A stretch of DNA of 64,000 nucleotides from Armatimonadota bacterium (lineage in GTDB: Bacteria > Armatimonadota > SYMT01). The stretch lies in NCBI GenBank assembly GCA_046292385.1, contig JBKBRF010000017.1, forward strand, positions 1 through 64,000. The letters are read 5' to 3'. Below the pieces are notes generated by a model, which was not told where the DNA came from, ran no database searches, and saw only the letters and a program-made list of their open reading frames with translations. Made by a program: the position numbers and the translations under genes. Positions 28,805-39,041 of this stretch are shown in pieces. Numbering within the stretch: position 1 is the first letter of the stretch; every line of letters begins with the position of its first letter.

Positions 28805-28814
28805 CTCGGCACCA

Positions 28815-28958
28815 GGCGGTTGAAACCGCGGCAACCACCGCACGAAGTTTTATCCCCCGGACGGGGGACCCCCTTCGGGGACTGAGAGGGACCTCTCTCA
28901 GGCGTCCGGAGGACGCGTGGCCGAAGGCCGTCCAGCGAGGGAATTCATTCCCTCGCCG
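28815..28958 (+). repeat. REP-like composite palindromic element
   Basis: ggcggttgaaaccgc...gcgtccggaggacgcgtggccgaaggccgtccagcgagg; inverted homolog at 46811-46931. Confidence 0.8.
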
Positions 28959-29028
28959 ACTGGCGCACACCCCGCTCGTTGGGCGATGCCACCGTTACTG
29001 CCCTCGACCTCCCAAACGCGTGATGCGC

Positions 29029-30459
29029 CTATGTGGACGTGGCCGCGACCGCTTCAGGATCCTGCACAGCTCCGAGGCCCTCGCTGACGGGGATGCCGCG
29101 GCCGAGGCGGGCGGCGATCTCTTCCATGAGCCGCAGGCCGCGGTCGACCAGCGCCTGGTGGCGGAGGTCCTTCTTCTTGATCTTCGGCTCGATCGGCGGG
29201 AGCAGACCGAGGTTGGAGTTCATCGGCTGGAAGTTGTCGCTCGGTCCGTGGGCGATGTACTCCGTGAGCGCACCGATCATCGTCTCCGGCGGCAGCACCA
29301 CCGGCTCCTCGCCGCGGAGCAATCGGGCCGCGTTGAGGCCGGCGAGGATGCCGGTGGCGGCGCTCTCGGTGTAGCCTTCCACGCCGGTCATCTGGCCCGC
29401 GAAGAAGAGCGGCGCGCGGCGGCCGGCGCGGGCGCGGACCTCCTCCCGCAGCGCCATGGAGGGCTCCAGCAGCTCCGGCGAGTGGAGGTAGGTGTTGCGG
29501 TGCATGACGCCGAGGCGGACGAACTCCGCCTTCTCCAGGCCGGGGAGCATCCGGAAGATCCGCTGCTGCTCCCCCCACTTCAGGCGGGTCTGGAAGCCGA
29601 CCATGCTGTAGAGCGTCGCCGCCTGGTTCTCCTGGCGCAGCTGGACCACCGCGAACGGGCGCTTGCCGGTGCGCGGGTCGAAGAGCCCGATCGGCTTCAT
29701 GGGGCCGTACGCCAGGGTCAGCTCTCCGCGGCGCGCCAGCTCTTCCACCGGCAGGCAGCCTTCGAACAGCTTCATCGGCTCGAAGTCATGCACCGGCGTC
29801 AGCTCCGCGGCGAGCACCTCGTTCCGGAAGCGGTGGTACTCCTCTTCGTTCAGCGGGCAGTTCAGGTAGCCGCCGGCGCCGCCCTCTTCCTGGCCCTTGC
29901 CCCAGCGGGACGCCTCGAAGACGATCGAGCGGTCGATCGAGTCGGCCTCGATGATCGGGGAGGCGGCATCGTAGAAGTAGAGCTCTTGCGTGCCGGTGAT
30001 CCGCTGGATCTGCGCCGCCAGCGCGTCCGAGGTGAGCGGGCCGGTCGCCACCACCACCGGCACGTCGTCCGGGATCTCCGTCATCTCGTCCCGGACCAGG
30101 GTGATGTTCGGGTGCTCCTCGATGGCGCGGGTGATCTCGTGGGCGAAGACGGCGCGGTCGACCGAGAGCGCACCGCCGGAGGGGACGGCGCTGCGGTCCG
30201 CGGCGGCAATCACCAGCGAGCCGAGCATCCGCATCTCCTGCTTCTGCATGCCCGCCGCGGTGTGCGGCAGGTTGTTCTTCAGCGAGTTGCTGCAGACCAG
30301 CTCGGCGAGGTCGCCGGTCTTGTGCGCGGGGGTCGGCCGTACCGGCCGCATCTCGTAGAGCGCCACGCGCGCGCCCGCCATGGCGGCGGACCACGCCGCG
30401 TCGGTGCCGGCCAGCCCGCCGCCGATCACCACCACCTCGGTACCATCAGGAATCTTCAT
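29029..30459 (-). CDS. trmFO: Methylenetetrahydrofolate--tRNA-(uracil-5)-methyltransferase
   Basis: GGGLAG, AELVCSNSL, FYDAASP, VGFQTRLKWGEQ, GVMHRNTY, AGQMTGVEGY, FQPMN. Confidence 0.96.
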   Translation of the reverse strand: MKIPDGTEVVVIGGGLAGTDAAWSAAMAGARVALYEMRPVRPTPAHKTGDLAELVCSNSLKNNLPHTAAGMQKQEMRMLGSLVIAAADRSAVPSGGALSVDRAVFAHEITRAIEEHPNITLVRDEMTEIPDDVPVVVATGPLTSDALAAQIQRITGTQELYFYDAASPIIEADSIDRSIVFEASRWGKGQEEGGAGGYLNCPLNEEEYHRFRNEVLAAELTPVHDFEPMKLFEGCLPVEELARRGELTLAYGPMKPIGLFDPRTGKRPFAVVQLRQENQAATLYSMVGFQTRLKWGEQQRIFRMLPGLEKAEFVRLGVMHRNTYLHSPELLEPSMALREEVRARAGRRAPLFFAGQMTGVEGYTESAATGILAGLNAARLLRGEEPVVLPPETMIGALTEYIAHGPSDNFQPMNSNLGLLPPIEPKIKKKDLRHQALVDRGLRLMEEIAARLGRGIPVSEGLGAVQDPEAVAATST

Positions 30460-30507
30460 AGCGGTCCTATGGTACCACCCGGGCCGGCTGCGGTAAAGGA
30501 ACGGCGA

Positions 30508-31659
30508 CTACCGGTGCTCGGACGGGTGCTGGGGCGTGGCGGCCGGCCGTGGGAGCGGTTTCGCCTTCACGATCCGGGGCTGCCAGCCCTGCTCGATCTC
30601 GATCTCGGCGACCAGGTAGCCTCCCGCCCCGGCGGCGCGGGACTGTTCGATCTGCGCCTGGCGCTGCGCGGGGGTGACGTCCCAGCCCTGCAGCACCGCC
30701 ACCAGCCGCTCCGCGGGAACGGCGGCGCCTTTTCGCAGCGGCGGCATCTTCTGGAACGAGCCGAGGGCGTGCCGTACCCACGCTGCCTCCGGTCCGTAGC
30801 GGGGGAGGTCCTTCTTGAAGGCCCGGTAGGGGAGCAGAGCGGCGATCCGCTTCGCCTCCTTCGCCACCGGCATCAACTGCTCGGTGTAGGCGGTCCAGCA
30901 CGCCCCGGTGAAGCAGGAGACGCCGTCACACGCTTCCCCTTCGGCCATCTCGTGTTCTTCGCACTCGGTGGTCCAGACCGGGATGATCTCACTGCCGGGG
31001 GAGAGCTTCCGCACCTCCGCCACGAAGCGGGCCGCGGCGTCCGCCGGAAGCTCCGTGGCCGTGCGAACGGGGCCGTAGTCCGGCGTCCACCGGCAGAGCG
31101 GGTTGCCGCAGCCGCAGGCGGAGGGCGCCGCCTGGAGGTCGTTCAGGAAGATGCCCTTCGGCGTGGGGAGGTCCCGCAGCAGCTCTCCCACCCGGTGGAG
31201 GTGCGCGGCAAAGGCCTCGCGGTAGCGGATCGGCACCCAGGGGTAGTTCTTGACCACCTCCCCGGCCTCCGGCTGCCGCACGCGCGGGAAGTGCCGGCGC
31301 CACTGCGAGTGGCCCTGGAGGCTCGCCATCCACTGCGGGTTGGTATCCGCCAGCTCCGGACAGCGTCCCACCTCGACCCAATAGTAGAGCTCGAGCCCGG
31401 CGGAAGTGACCCGCGCCGCCGCCCGCCGCAGCGACTCCCGCTCGCCTCGCGCCAGGGGCAGCGCCACGCCCGCAGCGCCCTCGCGCCGTATCCGCGCGAG
31501 CTGGTCCTCCTTCGCCTGGTCAACCGGGAGCAGCACGGCGCACAGCTCGCCGGGACGTGGGGGAGACGTGCCGGATGGCTTCGCTTCCGAGCGCATGCCG
31601 GGCGGGACGGCGGTGCCCGCCAGCAGTGCTGCGGCGGCGATCAGCGAGCGCGCGATCAT
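30508..31659 (-). CDS. Hypothetical exported protein with Cys cluster
   Basis: Signal peptide; SACGCGNPLCRW and CDGVSCFTGAC motifs. Confidence 0.7.
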   Translation of the reverse strand: MIARSLIAAAALLAGTAVPPGMRSEAKPSGTSPPRPGELCAVLLPVDQAKEDQLARIRREGAAGVALPLARGERESLRRAAARVTSAGLELYYWVEVGRCPELADTNPQWMASLQGHSQWRRHFPRVRQPEAGEVVKNYPWVPIRYREAFAAHLHRVGELLRDLPTPKGIFLNDLQAAPSACGCGNPLCRWTPDYGPVRTATELPADAAARFVAEVRKLSPGSEIIPVWTTECEEHEMAEGEACDGVSCFTGACWTAYTEQLMPVAKEAKRIAALLPYRAFKKDLPRYGPEAAWVRHALGSFQKMPPLRKGAAVPAERLVAVLQGWDVTPAQRQAQIEQSRAAGAGGYLVAEIEIEQGWQPRIVKAKPLPRPAATPQHPSEHR

Positions 31660-31672
31660 TATGTGGACCCTT

Positions 31673-33733
31673 TCAGCGGGAGCGGACCAGCCGGACGGCA
31701 TGTCCGCCGCCCGCGGCGAGCGCGGCCTGGATCGTGTCGGCGGCGGTGACGGTGCGTTTGGAGGTGATCAGCTTCGTCGCCTCCCTCGCGCTCGGATCGT
31801 CGGCCCAGATCTCCGCCGTCCAGCTCCCGCCGCCGAGGAAGGCGAGCGGAATGGAGACCTGTCGCGGGGTGTCGTCATTCATGGTGCCGACGTACCACTC
31901 CTCCCCCTGGCGGCGCGCAATCACGATGAAGTCGCCGACCTGCGCGTTCAGCACGCGGGTCTCGTCCCAGTTCGCGGGGACCCGAACCATGAAGTCCAGC
32001 CCCGGCTGACCGCGGTAGGCGGCGGGGTAGTCCGCCATCATCGACATGTGGTTCTGGTAGACCACGTACATCGCCAGCTGGTGCGCGCGGGTGCCCTGCA
32101 CGGGGGGAGCGAGGTTGCGGAAGCGGTAGTCCCGGGTGAAGACGTTCCGCATCCCGCCCTGGTGGTAATCGAGCGGCCCGGCGAGCATGCGGACGAACGC
32201 CGCGTTGACGTTGTGCTCCGGCGGAGTGCCCAATCCGCCCGGCTGCTCCCATTTGTTGTACTCCTGGTTCAGCACCCCTTCGTAGGAGAGCACGTTCGGC
32301 CAGGTCCGCTCCATCCCGGTCGGCTTGTAGGAGCCGTGGAGCGTGACCGTGAGGTGGTGCTTCGCGGCCTTTTCCGCCATCTCGTGGTAGAAGCGGACCA
32401 TCTCCTGGTCGTCGCGGTCCATGAAGTCGACCATCACGCCCTCGATGCCCCACTCCTCGTACTTGCGGAACGCTTCGTCGATCTGCGGCTGGAGGGCCTT
32501 CCAGTGCATCCAGAGCCGCAGCCGCACCCCCTTCTCCCGGGCGTAGCGGAGTAGCTCCGGCAGGTCGATCGACGGGGCGGCTGTCGTGACGTCGGTCGGT
32601 CCCACCGGCGCGATCGGTCCCCCGTACCAGGCGATGTCGAGGCCGTCGAGGGAGTGGTAAGGGATCCCCTGCTCCGCGCAGAAGTCGATGTAGTGCTTCA
32701 TCGTGGCGGTGTTGACACCCGGCTTGAAGTCGACGCCTTCGAGTACGTAGCCGTTCCACCAGGGGAAGGTGGTCTTGCCCGGCTTGATCCAGGAGGTGTC
32801 CTGGATCGCCGGCGGGTCGCTGAGGTGGAAGACGAGATGCGACTCGACGAGGCGTCCCGGGTGGTCCGCGATCATCAGCACCCGCCACGGTGAGGCGTGG
32901 GGAGTCTTGCCCAGGACCTTCGCTCCGTCGCGCCGGCCCGGCAGGGGGGACAGCTTCGTGGTCAGCGTTCCCGGCCGGCCTGCGCTCCCGGAGAGGTACA
33001 TGCCGGCGTAGTCGGTCAGGTTCGCCTCGGTCACCGCGAGCCAGGACCGCGGGGAGCCGCCGCGCCCGCGCTCCAGCAGCAGGGGCAGGCCGACCAGCCG
33101 CTGCGGACCGATCTCCGATACCGGCCGCGTCTCGTAGTACTTCTCGTAGGAAGTGGTGTAGCTGTCCAGAGGGAGGAGCCGCGCCGGCGGATCGCCGGGA
33201 AAGGTGAGCTCGGTCCGCTCCTCCGTCAAGACGAAGTCGGCGAGCGGCTTCTGCACCGGGAGCCGGTAGCGGAACGCGACGCCGTCGTTGAACGCGCGGA
33301 ACGCCAGCTCGAGCTTCCGGCCGGGCGCGGCCGTCTCCTCCAGCGAGACGACCAGCTCCCGGTGCTGATCACGCGCTCGGGAGGCCTTTCCGACCGGGAT
33401 GCGATAGGTCTCGTCCTGGGTCCTCCGGCGGGTGCGGACGATGCGCAGGTGGTCGCCCAGCAGTCCCGAGCCGGCGAGCTCCAGCGCGAGGCGTCCGGTG
33501 GCGACCGGCTCGCCGCGATAGGTCACTTCGAGCTCGGGCCGGCCTTCCGCTCCCAGCCGGAACGCCAGGCGGATCTGTCGATCGGGAGAGGTCAGCTCCA
33601 GCGGCACCGCGGGCTGCTCCGCCGCGGAAAGCGGCGCGAGAGAGGCGGCGAGCGCGAGAAGCAGGAGGCAGGGCGGCAAAATTCCGCAAGGGGGCGTGGG
33701 CACGGTCCGGTGCTCCTTTAACCAGGCATTCAT
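31673..33733 (-). CDS. Glycoside hydrolase family 97
   Basis: FRAFNDGVAFRY, SWIKPGK, VDFMDRDDQ, RTWPN..EGV, RMLAGPLDY, TRAHQLAMYVVY. Confidence 0.92.
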   Translation of the reverse strand: MNAWLKEHRTVPTPPCGILPPCLLLLALAASLAPLSAAEQPAVPLELTSPDRQIRLAFRLGAEGRPELEVTYRGEPVATGRLALELAGSGLLGDHLRIVRTRRRTQDETYRIPVGKASRARDQHRELVVSLEETAAPGRKLELAFRAFNDGVAFRYRLPVQKPLADFVLTEERTELTFPGDPPARLLPLDSYTTSYEKYYETRPVSEIGPQRLVGLPLLLERGRGGSPRSWLAVTEANLTDYAGMYLSGSAGRPGTLTTKLSPLPGRRDGAKVLGKTPHASPWRVLMIADHPGRLVESHLVFHLSDPPAIQDTSWIKPGKTTFPWWNGYVLEGVDFKPGVNTATMKHYIDFCAEQGIPYHSLDGLDIAWYGGPIAPVGPTDVTTAAPSIDLPELLRYAREKGVRLRLWMHWKALQPQIDEAFRKYEEWGIEGVMVDFMDRDDQEMVRFYHEMAEKAAKHHLTVTLHGSYKPTGMERTWPNVLSYEGVLNQEYNKWEQPGGLGTPPEHNVNAAFVRMLAGPLDYHQGGMRNVFTRDYRFRNLAPPVQGTRAHQLAMYVVYQNHMSMMADYPAAYRGQPGLDFMVRVPANWDETRVLNAQVGDFIVIARRQGEEWYVGTMNDDTPRQVSIPLAFLGGGSWTAEIWADDPSAREATKLITSKRTVTAADTIQAALAAGGGHAVRLVRSR

Positions 33734-33805
33734 TCGCGGGGGACCCCAGACTATGGTAAAGAAGGGAGGGTGAGCGATCTTCCCCCGCCCTCGTCCTTCC
33801 ACGTC

Positions 33806-35146
33806 ATGAGCTTCCCACTTCGTTTCGTTCGCTTCGGCGTCCCCGGCCTGCTCTTCCTGCTGGCGATTCCGCTGGTGGCGCAGGAGCGCCGGTCCCGGCC
33901 GCCCGCGGTACCGCCGGCCGTGGCGCACCAGCCGCTGGCGATTCCCGACCGGGTGATCCTGACCTGGAACGGCGACCCTGCCCACTCGCAGGCGGTGACG
34001 TGGCGGACCGATACCTCCGTGGAGCGGGCCATCGCGCAGCTCGCGGAGGCGACCCACGGGCCGGAGTTCCAGAAGAGCGCGCGGACGGTCGAGGCGACCA
34101 CCCAGCCGTTCACCAGCGACCTCGGCCCGGCACACTACCACAGCGTCACCTTCGCCGGGCTGGCGCCCTCCACGCTCTACACCTACCGCGTGGGCGACGG
34201 CACCAACTGGAGCGAGTGGTTCCAGTTCCGCACCGCCTCCGAGGAGCCGGAGCCGTTCTCGTTCATCTACTTCGGCGACGCGCAGAACGACCTGAAGTCG
34301 CTCTGGTCGCGCGTCATCCGCCAGGCGTACTCCGACGACCCGAAGGCGCGGTTCCTGCTGCACGCGGGCGACCTGATCAACGTCGCCCCGCGCGACGCCG
34401 AATGGGGCGACTGGCACTACGCCGGCGGCTGGGTGAACGGCATGATCCCCAGCGTGCCGACCCCGGGCAACCACGAATACGGCCGCGGCCGGGACCTGAA
34501 GCCGCTCCTGGCGCCGCACTGGCGGCCCACCTTCACGCTGCCGGAGCATGGCCCGAAGGGGCTGGAGGAGACGGTCTACTACCTCGACTACCAGGGGGTG
34601 CGGATCATCTCGCTCAACTCCAACGAGCGGCAGGAGGAGCAGATCCCCTGGCTGGAGCGAGTGCTGGCCGAGAACCCGAACCGGTGGACGATCCTCACCT
34701 TCCACCACCCGCTCTTCAACGCCGCGAAGGGACGGGAGAACGAGAAGCTCCGCAACCTGTGGCAGCCGGTCTTCGACCGGTACCGGGTCGACCTGGTGCT
34801 GCAGGGACACGACCACACCTACGCCCGCAGCAACCTGATGTCCGGTGCCAACGTCCGCGACCCCGAGGCGGGGACCGTCTACGTCGTCTCGGTGAGCGGA
34901 CCGAAGCTCTACAACGTGGAGCGGGAGCCGTGGATGAAGCGGGTGGCGGAAGACACGCAGCTGTACCAGGTGATCTCGATCGACGGCGGCCGGCTCCGCT
35001 ACCAGGCCCGCACCGCCACCGGCGAGCTGTACGACGCCTTCGACTTGCTGAAGCGCGACGGCGAGCCGAACGAGCTGATCAACCGCATCCCGAAGCGGAT
35101 GCCGGAGCGCCTCCGCCCGCCGGCTCCTGCCGCTACTGCTCGTTGA
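33806..35146 (+). CDS. Purple acid phosphatase-like metallophosphoesterase with FN3-like N-domain
   Basis: FGDAQ, HAGDL, GNHEY, FHHP, QGHDHTY. Confidence 0.9.
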   Translation: MSFPLRFVRFGVPGLLFLLAIPLVAQERRSRPPAVPPAVAHQPLAIPDRVILTWNGDPAHSQAVTWRTDTSVERAIAQLAEATHGPEFQKSARTVEATTQPFTSDLGPAHYHSVTFAGLAPSTLYTYRVGDGTNWSEWFQFRTASEEPEPFSFIYFGDAQNDLKSLWSRVIRQAYSDDPKARFLLHAGDLINVAPRDAEWGDWHYAGGWVNGMIPSVPTPGNHEYGRGRDLKPLLAPHWRPTFTLPEHGPKGLEETVYYLDYQGVRIISLNSNERQEEQIPWLERVLAENPNRWTILTFHHPLFNAAKGRENEKLRNLWQPVFDRYRVDLVLQGHDHTYARSNLMSGANVRDPEAGTVYVVSVSGPKLYNVEREPWMKRVAEDTQLYQVISIDGGRLRYQARTATGELYDAFDLLKRDGEPNELINRIPKRMPERLRPPAPAATAR

Positions 35147-36380
35147 TCGGGCGGCCGGGTGGGGGCGGGCCGGGGTCGGTCCAGCTCCAGGTGGGGCGGT
35201 AGCGGATCGCCAGGTGGGGCGTCTCCATCGCCGTGCCGCCGCCGTGGCGGGAGTGGAGCAGGGCGTCGAGCGCGCCGCTCGTCAGGAGGGTCCGCTCCAC
35301 CGGCCAGCTCGGGCGCCCGGTGTGGATCATCTCCTCGATCCCGTTCAGCAGCAGCGTGAAGTGGTAGAACGGGCGCGCCTCCTGCGTCCAGAAGAGCGTC
35401 GCTTCCGGCTCCTTCCCTTCCTCTCTCCAGGCGATCGACCACTCTCCCACGGCCGGGTTCAGGGTGAAGACGCTCGCCTTGAAGCCGTCCCGGTACTCCA
35501 GCAGGAAGACGGTCGGGTTCGGCACCGCCTTCTCCAGGTCGTCGACGGGGCGGGAGAGCCGTCCCAGCGCCTGCTGCAGCAGCGCGCGGTCGTATCTCCC
35601 CTGCCGGCCCGCCTCCCACACGGCGGGCCCTTCCAGGCACTGCACGCGCCGGATGCCGCTCTCCCCGCCCTTCCGCTGCTCCGCTACGCACTGCAGCATC
35701 TCCATCGCGTGGAAGCCGTAGCCGTAGAGCGTGTGGTAGGAGACGGCGACCGCCTCCCGCAGCGGGGCTCCCTTTCGGGGCGCGACGGGCGGGCGGCGCC
35801 AGGTGAGCGGGACGGATGAGCCGGCCATCAACGGGAATCCCAGCTCCCGCGCCGTGTCGTACATCTCCCGGCTCTCTTCCCAGGAGTGGGAGAGGTGCTT
35901 GTCCGTAAAGACCGACACCGAGCGCTTCGACTTTCGGAAGACCTCCACCGTCTCGTCGAAGAACCGCTTGCGCGGGTAGAGCTCGTGGCCCTGCGGGCTG
36001 TGCGGGTACTTCCCGTGCTCGCCGACGAGGATCACGCCGTCGACGGCCAGCCGGTCGCCTCCGAGCGTGAGGGTCTCGCGGATGTTCGGGTAGATCGGGA
36101 AGCCGTACTCCCGGGCAAACTTACGGCTCAGGTCGTTCTCCGGGAACTGGTCCACGTAGAGCGCGGCGAGCTGGAGGTCGGGCTTGCGGCCTTTGAAGTC
36201 GAGCGTCTTCGTCTGGAAGAGGCGGCTCAGGATGACGTCGGCGTGGGAGTTGTGGTGGTAGACGGTCACCACGCCCGCCACGCGCCTGGGGCGCCGCGGG
36301 GCGGCGGAGGCGGCGGCGCCGAGCAGGGCCGCGGGGGCGCCGAGGAGCAGGGCGCGGCGGTGGAGGGTGGAGGGGTTCAT
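35133..36380 (-). CDS. Conserved hypothetical protein (oxidoreductase-like), Tat signal
   Basis: HRRALLLG; SHADVI, AVDGVILVGEHGKYP, MAGSSVP, YGFHAME. Confidence 0.75.
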   Translation of the reverse strand: MNPSTLHRRALLLGAPAALLGAAASAAPRRPRRVAGVVTVYHHNSHADVILSRLFQTKTLDFKGRKPDLQLAALYVDQFPENDLSRKFAREYGFPIYPNIRETLTLGGDRLAVDGVILVGEHGKYPHSPQGHELYPRKRFFDETVEVFRKSKRSVSVFTDKHLSHSWEESREMYDTARELGFPLMAGSSVPLTWRRPPVAPRKGAPLREAVAVSYHTLYGYGFHAMEMLQCVAEQRKGGESGIRRVQCLEGPAVWEAGRQGRYDRALLQQALGRLSRPVDDLEKAVPNPTVFLLEYRDGFKASVFTLNPAVGEWSIAWREEGKEPEATLFWTQEARPFYHFTLLLNGIEEMIHTGRPSWPVERTLLTSGALDALLHSRHGGGTAMETPHLAIRYRPTWSWTDPGPPPPGRPINEQ

Positions 36381-36792
36381 GGTGGATTCAGGTGCGGAAG
36401 ACGGACCCGGTTTCCCTGCTCCGCTCGGGCTGCAGCGTTTCGCCGGGGTGCAGCGCCGGGACCGTGGGTCCGACCCCGCGCCCTCGTTCCGGGATTCAGC
36501 CCTCCCGCGACGGGTGCCCTCCGCTGGCCCTTTCACACTTCGCTTCGCTCCGTTAGCGGGCCGCTGCGGGAGTGCTCCTCGACGCGCGCTTCCCGCGCCA
36601 TATTCGTGATCTACACGTCGGCTGTGCTCACGGGCTGAATCCCGGCCCTTCGAGCGATCCCCCCTTGGCCAAGGGGGGATCACAGGTGGCGTCCTCCAGC
36701 GGCGCCTGCGGCTCCGCTTCCAGACGCCCCGGGTTTCTGGCTGCACTGACGATGGCGAGTAGGGGTTCTCCCGACGACCAAACCAGGTCATC

Positions 36793-36843
36793 TGAGTCCC
36801 CGCAGGGGGACTTCGTGCCGTTGTTGCTGCGGTTTCAACCGCC
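36793..36843 (-). repeat. REP-like element (short copy)
   Basis: agtcccc-gcag-ggggact-tcg...gcggtttcaaccgcc, shared with 46811-46931. Confidence 0.7.
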
Positions 36844-36963
36844 CGACAGGCTGATCCACTGCCCCTCGGATGTTTCGACCATCCGGCAGGTGTGGGAGGC
36901 AAGCGGACGGGTGGGGGTGAACGTGGAGGGGTTCCCCATTCCTCCCGCTTCGAGTCCCTCCTC

Positions 36964-38007
36964 GTGAACCCGATCCAGACCCGTCTCCTCGATTACCAGG
37001 CGGAAGGCGACCGCGCTCTCCGCACCGCCGCCGGGCTGCTGCGCGCGGGCGGCCTCGTCGCCTTTCCTACGGAGACCGTCTACGGCCTCGGCGCCCTGGG
37101 CCTGAACCCTCATTCGGTGCGCCGGATCTTCGAGGCGAAGGAGCGGCCGGAGGCGGACCCGCTGATCCTGCACGTGGCGCTTCCGGAGTGGGCGCGGCTG
37201 CTGGCGGGAGAGATCCCCCACGCGTTCGAGCGGCTGGCCGCCGCCTTCTGGCCGGGCCCGCTCACGCTGGTGCTCCCGAAGAACCGGGACGTGCCGGACC
37301 TGGTGACCGCCGGCCTCGACTCGGTGGCGGTCCGGATGCCCTCCCACCCGGTGGCGCTGCGGCTGCTGCGGGAGGTGGGGGAGCCGCTCGCGGCCCCGAG
37401 CGCCAACCTGTTCGGGCACACCAGCCCCACCACGGCGGCGCACGTGCTCGCCGACCTGAACGGCCGGATCAACGCGGTGCTCGATGCCGGTCCGACCGAC
37501 GTGGGCGTGGAGTCGACGGTCGTCGACGTGCGCGGCGACACGCCGGTGCTCCTCCGGCCCGGTGGTATCTCCCGCGAAGAGCTGGAGCGGGTGCTCGGCC
37601 GGCCGGTCGAGCTGCACCGCGGCGGGGAAGTAGAGCTTCGCTCTCCCGGCCTGCTCGCCCGCCACTACAGCCCGCGGGCGGAGCTGCGTCTCTTCGCCGG
37701 GGATGACGACTCGGCGGTGCTCGCCGCCATACAGCGCGACCTCGCCGGCGAGGCTTCCCCGGACCAGGCGGTGCTCGCCTATCAGGAGGACGTGCCGGTG
37801 TTCCAGTCGCTGCCGGTGCGAGTGATCGAGCTGCCGTCCCGCACAGAGCCGGAGCGGGTGGCACAGCGCCTCTACGCCGCCCTCCGCGAGGCGGACGAAG
37901 CCGGCGCCCGGCTCCTCTACGCGCGCCTGCTGCCCCCCGGCGGCCTCGCCGAAGCGGTGAACGACCGGCTCCTCCGCGCCGCCTCCGGCGTCCTTCGAAC
38001 GGTCTGA
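36964..38007 (+). CDS. sua5: L-threonylcarbamoyladenylate synthase (Sua5-type TsaC)
   Basis: VAFPTETVYGLGA, FWPGPLTLV, AAPSAN, GVESTVVD, SPGLLARHYSP plus SUA5 domain. Confidence 0.93.
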   Translation: MNPIQTRLLDYQAEGDRALRTAAGLLRAGGLVAFPTETVYGLGALGLNPHSVRRIFEAKERPEADPLILHVALPEWARLLAGEIPHAFERLAAAFWPGPLTLVLPKNRDVPDLVTAGLDSVAVRMPSHPVALRLLREVGEPLAAPSANLFGHTSPTTAAHVLADLNGRINAVLDAGPTDVGVESTVVDVRGDTPVLLRPGGISREELERVLGRPVELHRGGEVELRSPGLLARHYSPRAELRLFAGDDDSAVLAAIQRDLAGEASPDQAVLAYQEDVPVFQSLPVRVIELPSRTEPERVAQRLYAALREADEAGARLLYARLLPPGGLAEAVNDRLLRAASGVLRTV

Positions 38008-38117
38008 GACGGGCCGTCGACCGCTCTGCCACCCGTTCGCCGCACGGGCGGGCAGGGGAGCGTGGTCCTGCCGGTTAACGTTAGGAAGTCCTCTCTTTGC
38101 TCCAGTGGAGGCTTCCG

Positions 38118-38906
38118 ATGCGATTTCGCCTGCCGCTTCCGGCGACTCTCCTGGTCGCCCTCGCCTGCGCCGCGGTTCCCGCGCTCTCCGCCGCGCGGCC
38201 CGCGCCGATCCGCGCCGCCGCCACTCCGCAGATCTTTGGGATCTCCCCGGCGCGGGGAGAGCAGGGCGCCTCGCTGACGCTCGTCCTCCAGGGGACCCGC
38301 TTCGAGCACGGCGCGACCGTTAGCCTGGGAGAGGGGATCAGCGTGACGGAAGCGGTGGTGAGCGGGCGGGGAGTCCGGGCGCTGCTCGACCATATCCTGA
38401 CCCTGCGGATCGAGATCGCCGCGGACGCGGAGCCCGGCCCGCGGGATGTGACGGTCACCAACCCCGGCGGCGAGACCGCCGTCGCTCCCGCGGCCTTCGA
38501 GGTGGTCGCTCCACCCCCGGTGCCGCGGCCGGACCTGGCGGGCACCTGGAAGAAGGTGAAGGTCCGGAGCATCCCGGGCCGGCGGGGCGCGGAGGGCAGC
38601 ACCCTCTTCACCGGTACGCTGCAGGTCGCCAACTCCGGTGCCGCGGCGGCGCGCTCGTTCGTGGTGCGGTTCGTCGCGGCGGAGACCGCCGACGGTGAGG
38701 GCGCCCTCCCGCTCGGCAAGCCGAAGAAGGTGGCGCACCGCCTGAAGCCCGGCGCCCGCCACACCGTGAAGCTGAAGGCCCGGCTGCCGCGGAGCGCGCT
38801 CGATCCTACCGGGAAATACCTGCTGGCGCTCCTCGATTCCACCGATCGGGTGGAAGAGGGCGACGAGCAGAACAACGCCGTCGCCTTCGCCCTGCCGGTG
38901 CCGTAG
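38118..38906 (+). CDS. Exported protein with Ig-like (IPT) and CARDB-like domains
   Basis: Signal peptide; GPRDVTVTNPGG; VANSG...YLLALLDSTDRVEEGDEQNN. Confidence 0.75.
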   Translation: MRFRLPLPATLLVALACAAVPALSAARPAPIRAAATPQIFGISPARGEQGASLTLVLQGTRFEHGATVSLGEGISVTEAVVSGRGVRALLDHILTLRIEIAADAEPGPRDVTVTNPGGETAVAPAAFEVVAPPPVPRPDLAGTWKKVKVRSIPGRRGAEGSTLFTGTLQVANSGAAAARSFVVRFVAAETADGEGALPLGKPKKVAHRLKPGARHTVKLKARLPRSALDPTGKYLLALLDSTDRVEEGDEQNNAVAFALPVP

Positions 38907-38965
38907 CAGGTCTCCGAAGGCTCGCGCTCCTCTCGCGCCGGTGCTGAGACCCGGAAAAAAGCCTC

Positions 38966-39035
38966 TTGCGCCTCTGATATCGTGATGATATCATTCTGTC
39001 GTCGTGGTGACATCAGGGGCGAGGGCGGCCATACT
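38966..39035 (+). promoter_or_regulatory. Tandem sigma70 promoters overlapped by 11-bp phased TGATATCA-like operator boxes
   Basis: TTGCGC-N17-TATCAT (38966-38994, extended TGn) and GTGACA-N17-CATACT (39007-39035); boxes at 38975, 38986, 38997 and 39008. Confidence 0.7.
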
Positions 39036-39041
39036 GAGCGT

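Noticed and set aside
31673..34816. 1047-aa GH97 fusion as given in the ORF track
   Set aside because: The N-terminal ~360 aa is antisense to the metallophosphoesterase; the real start is near 33733
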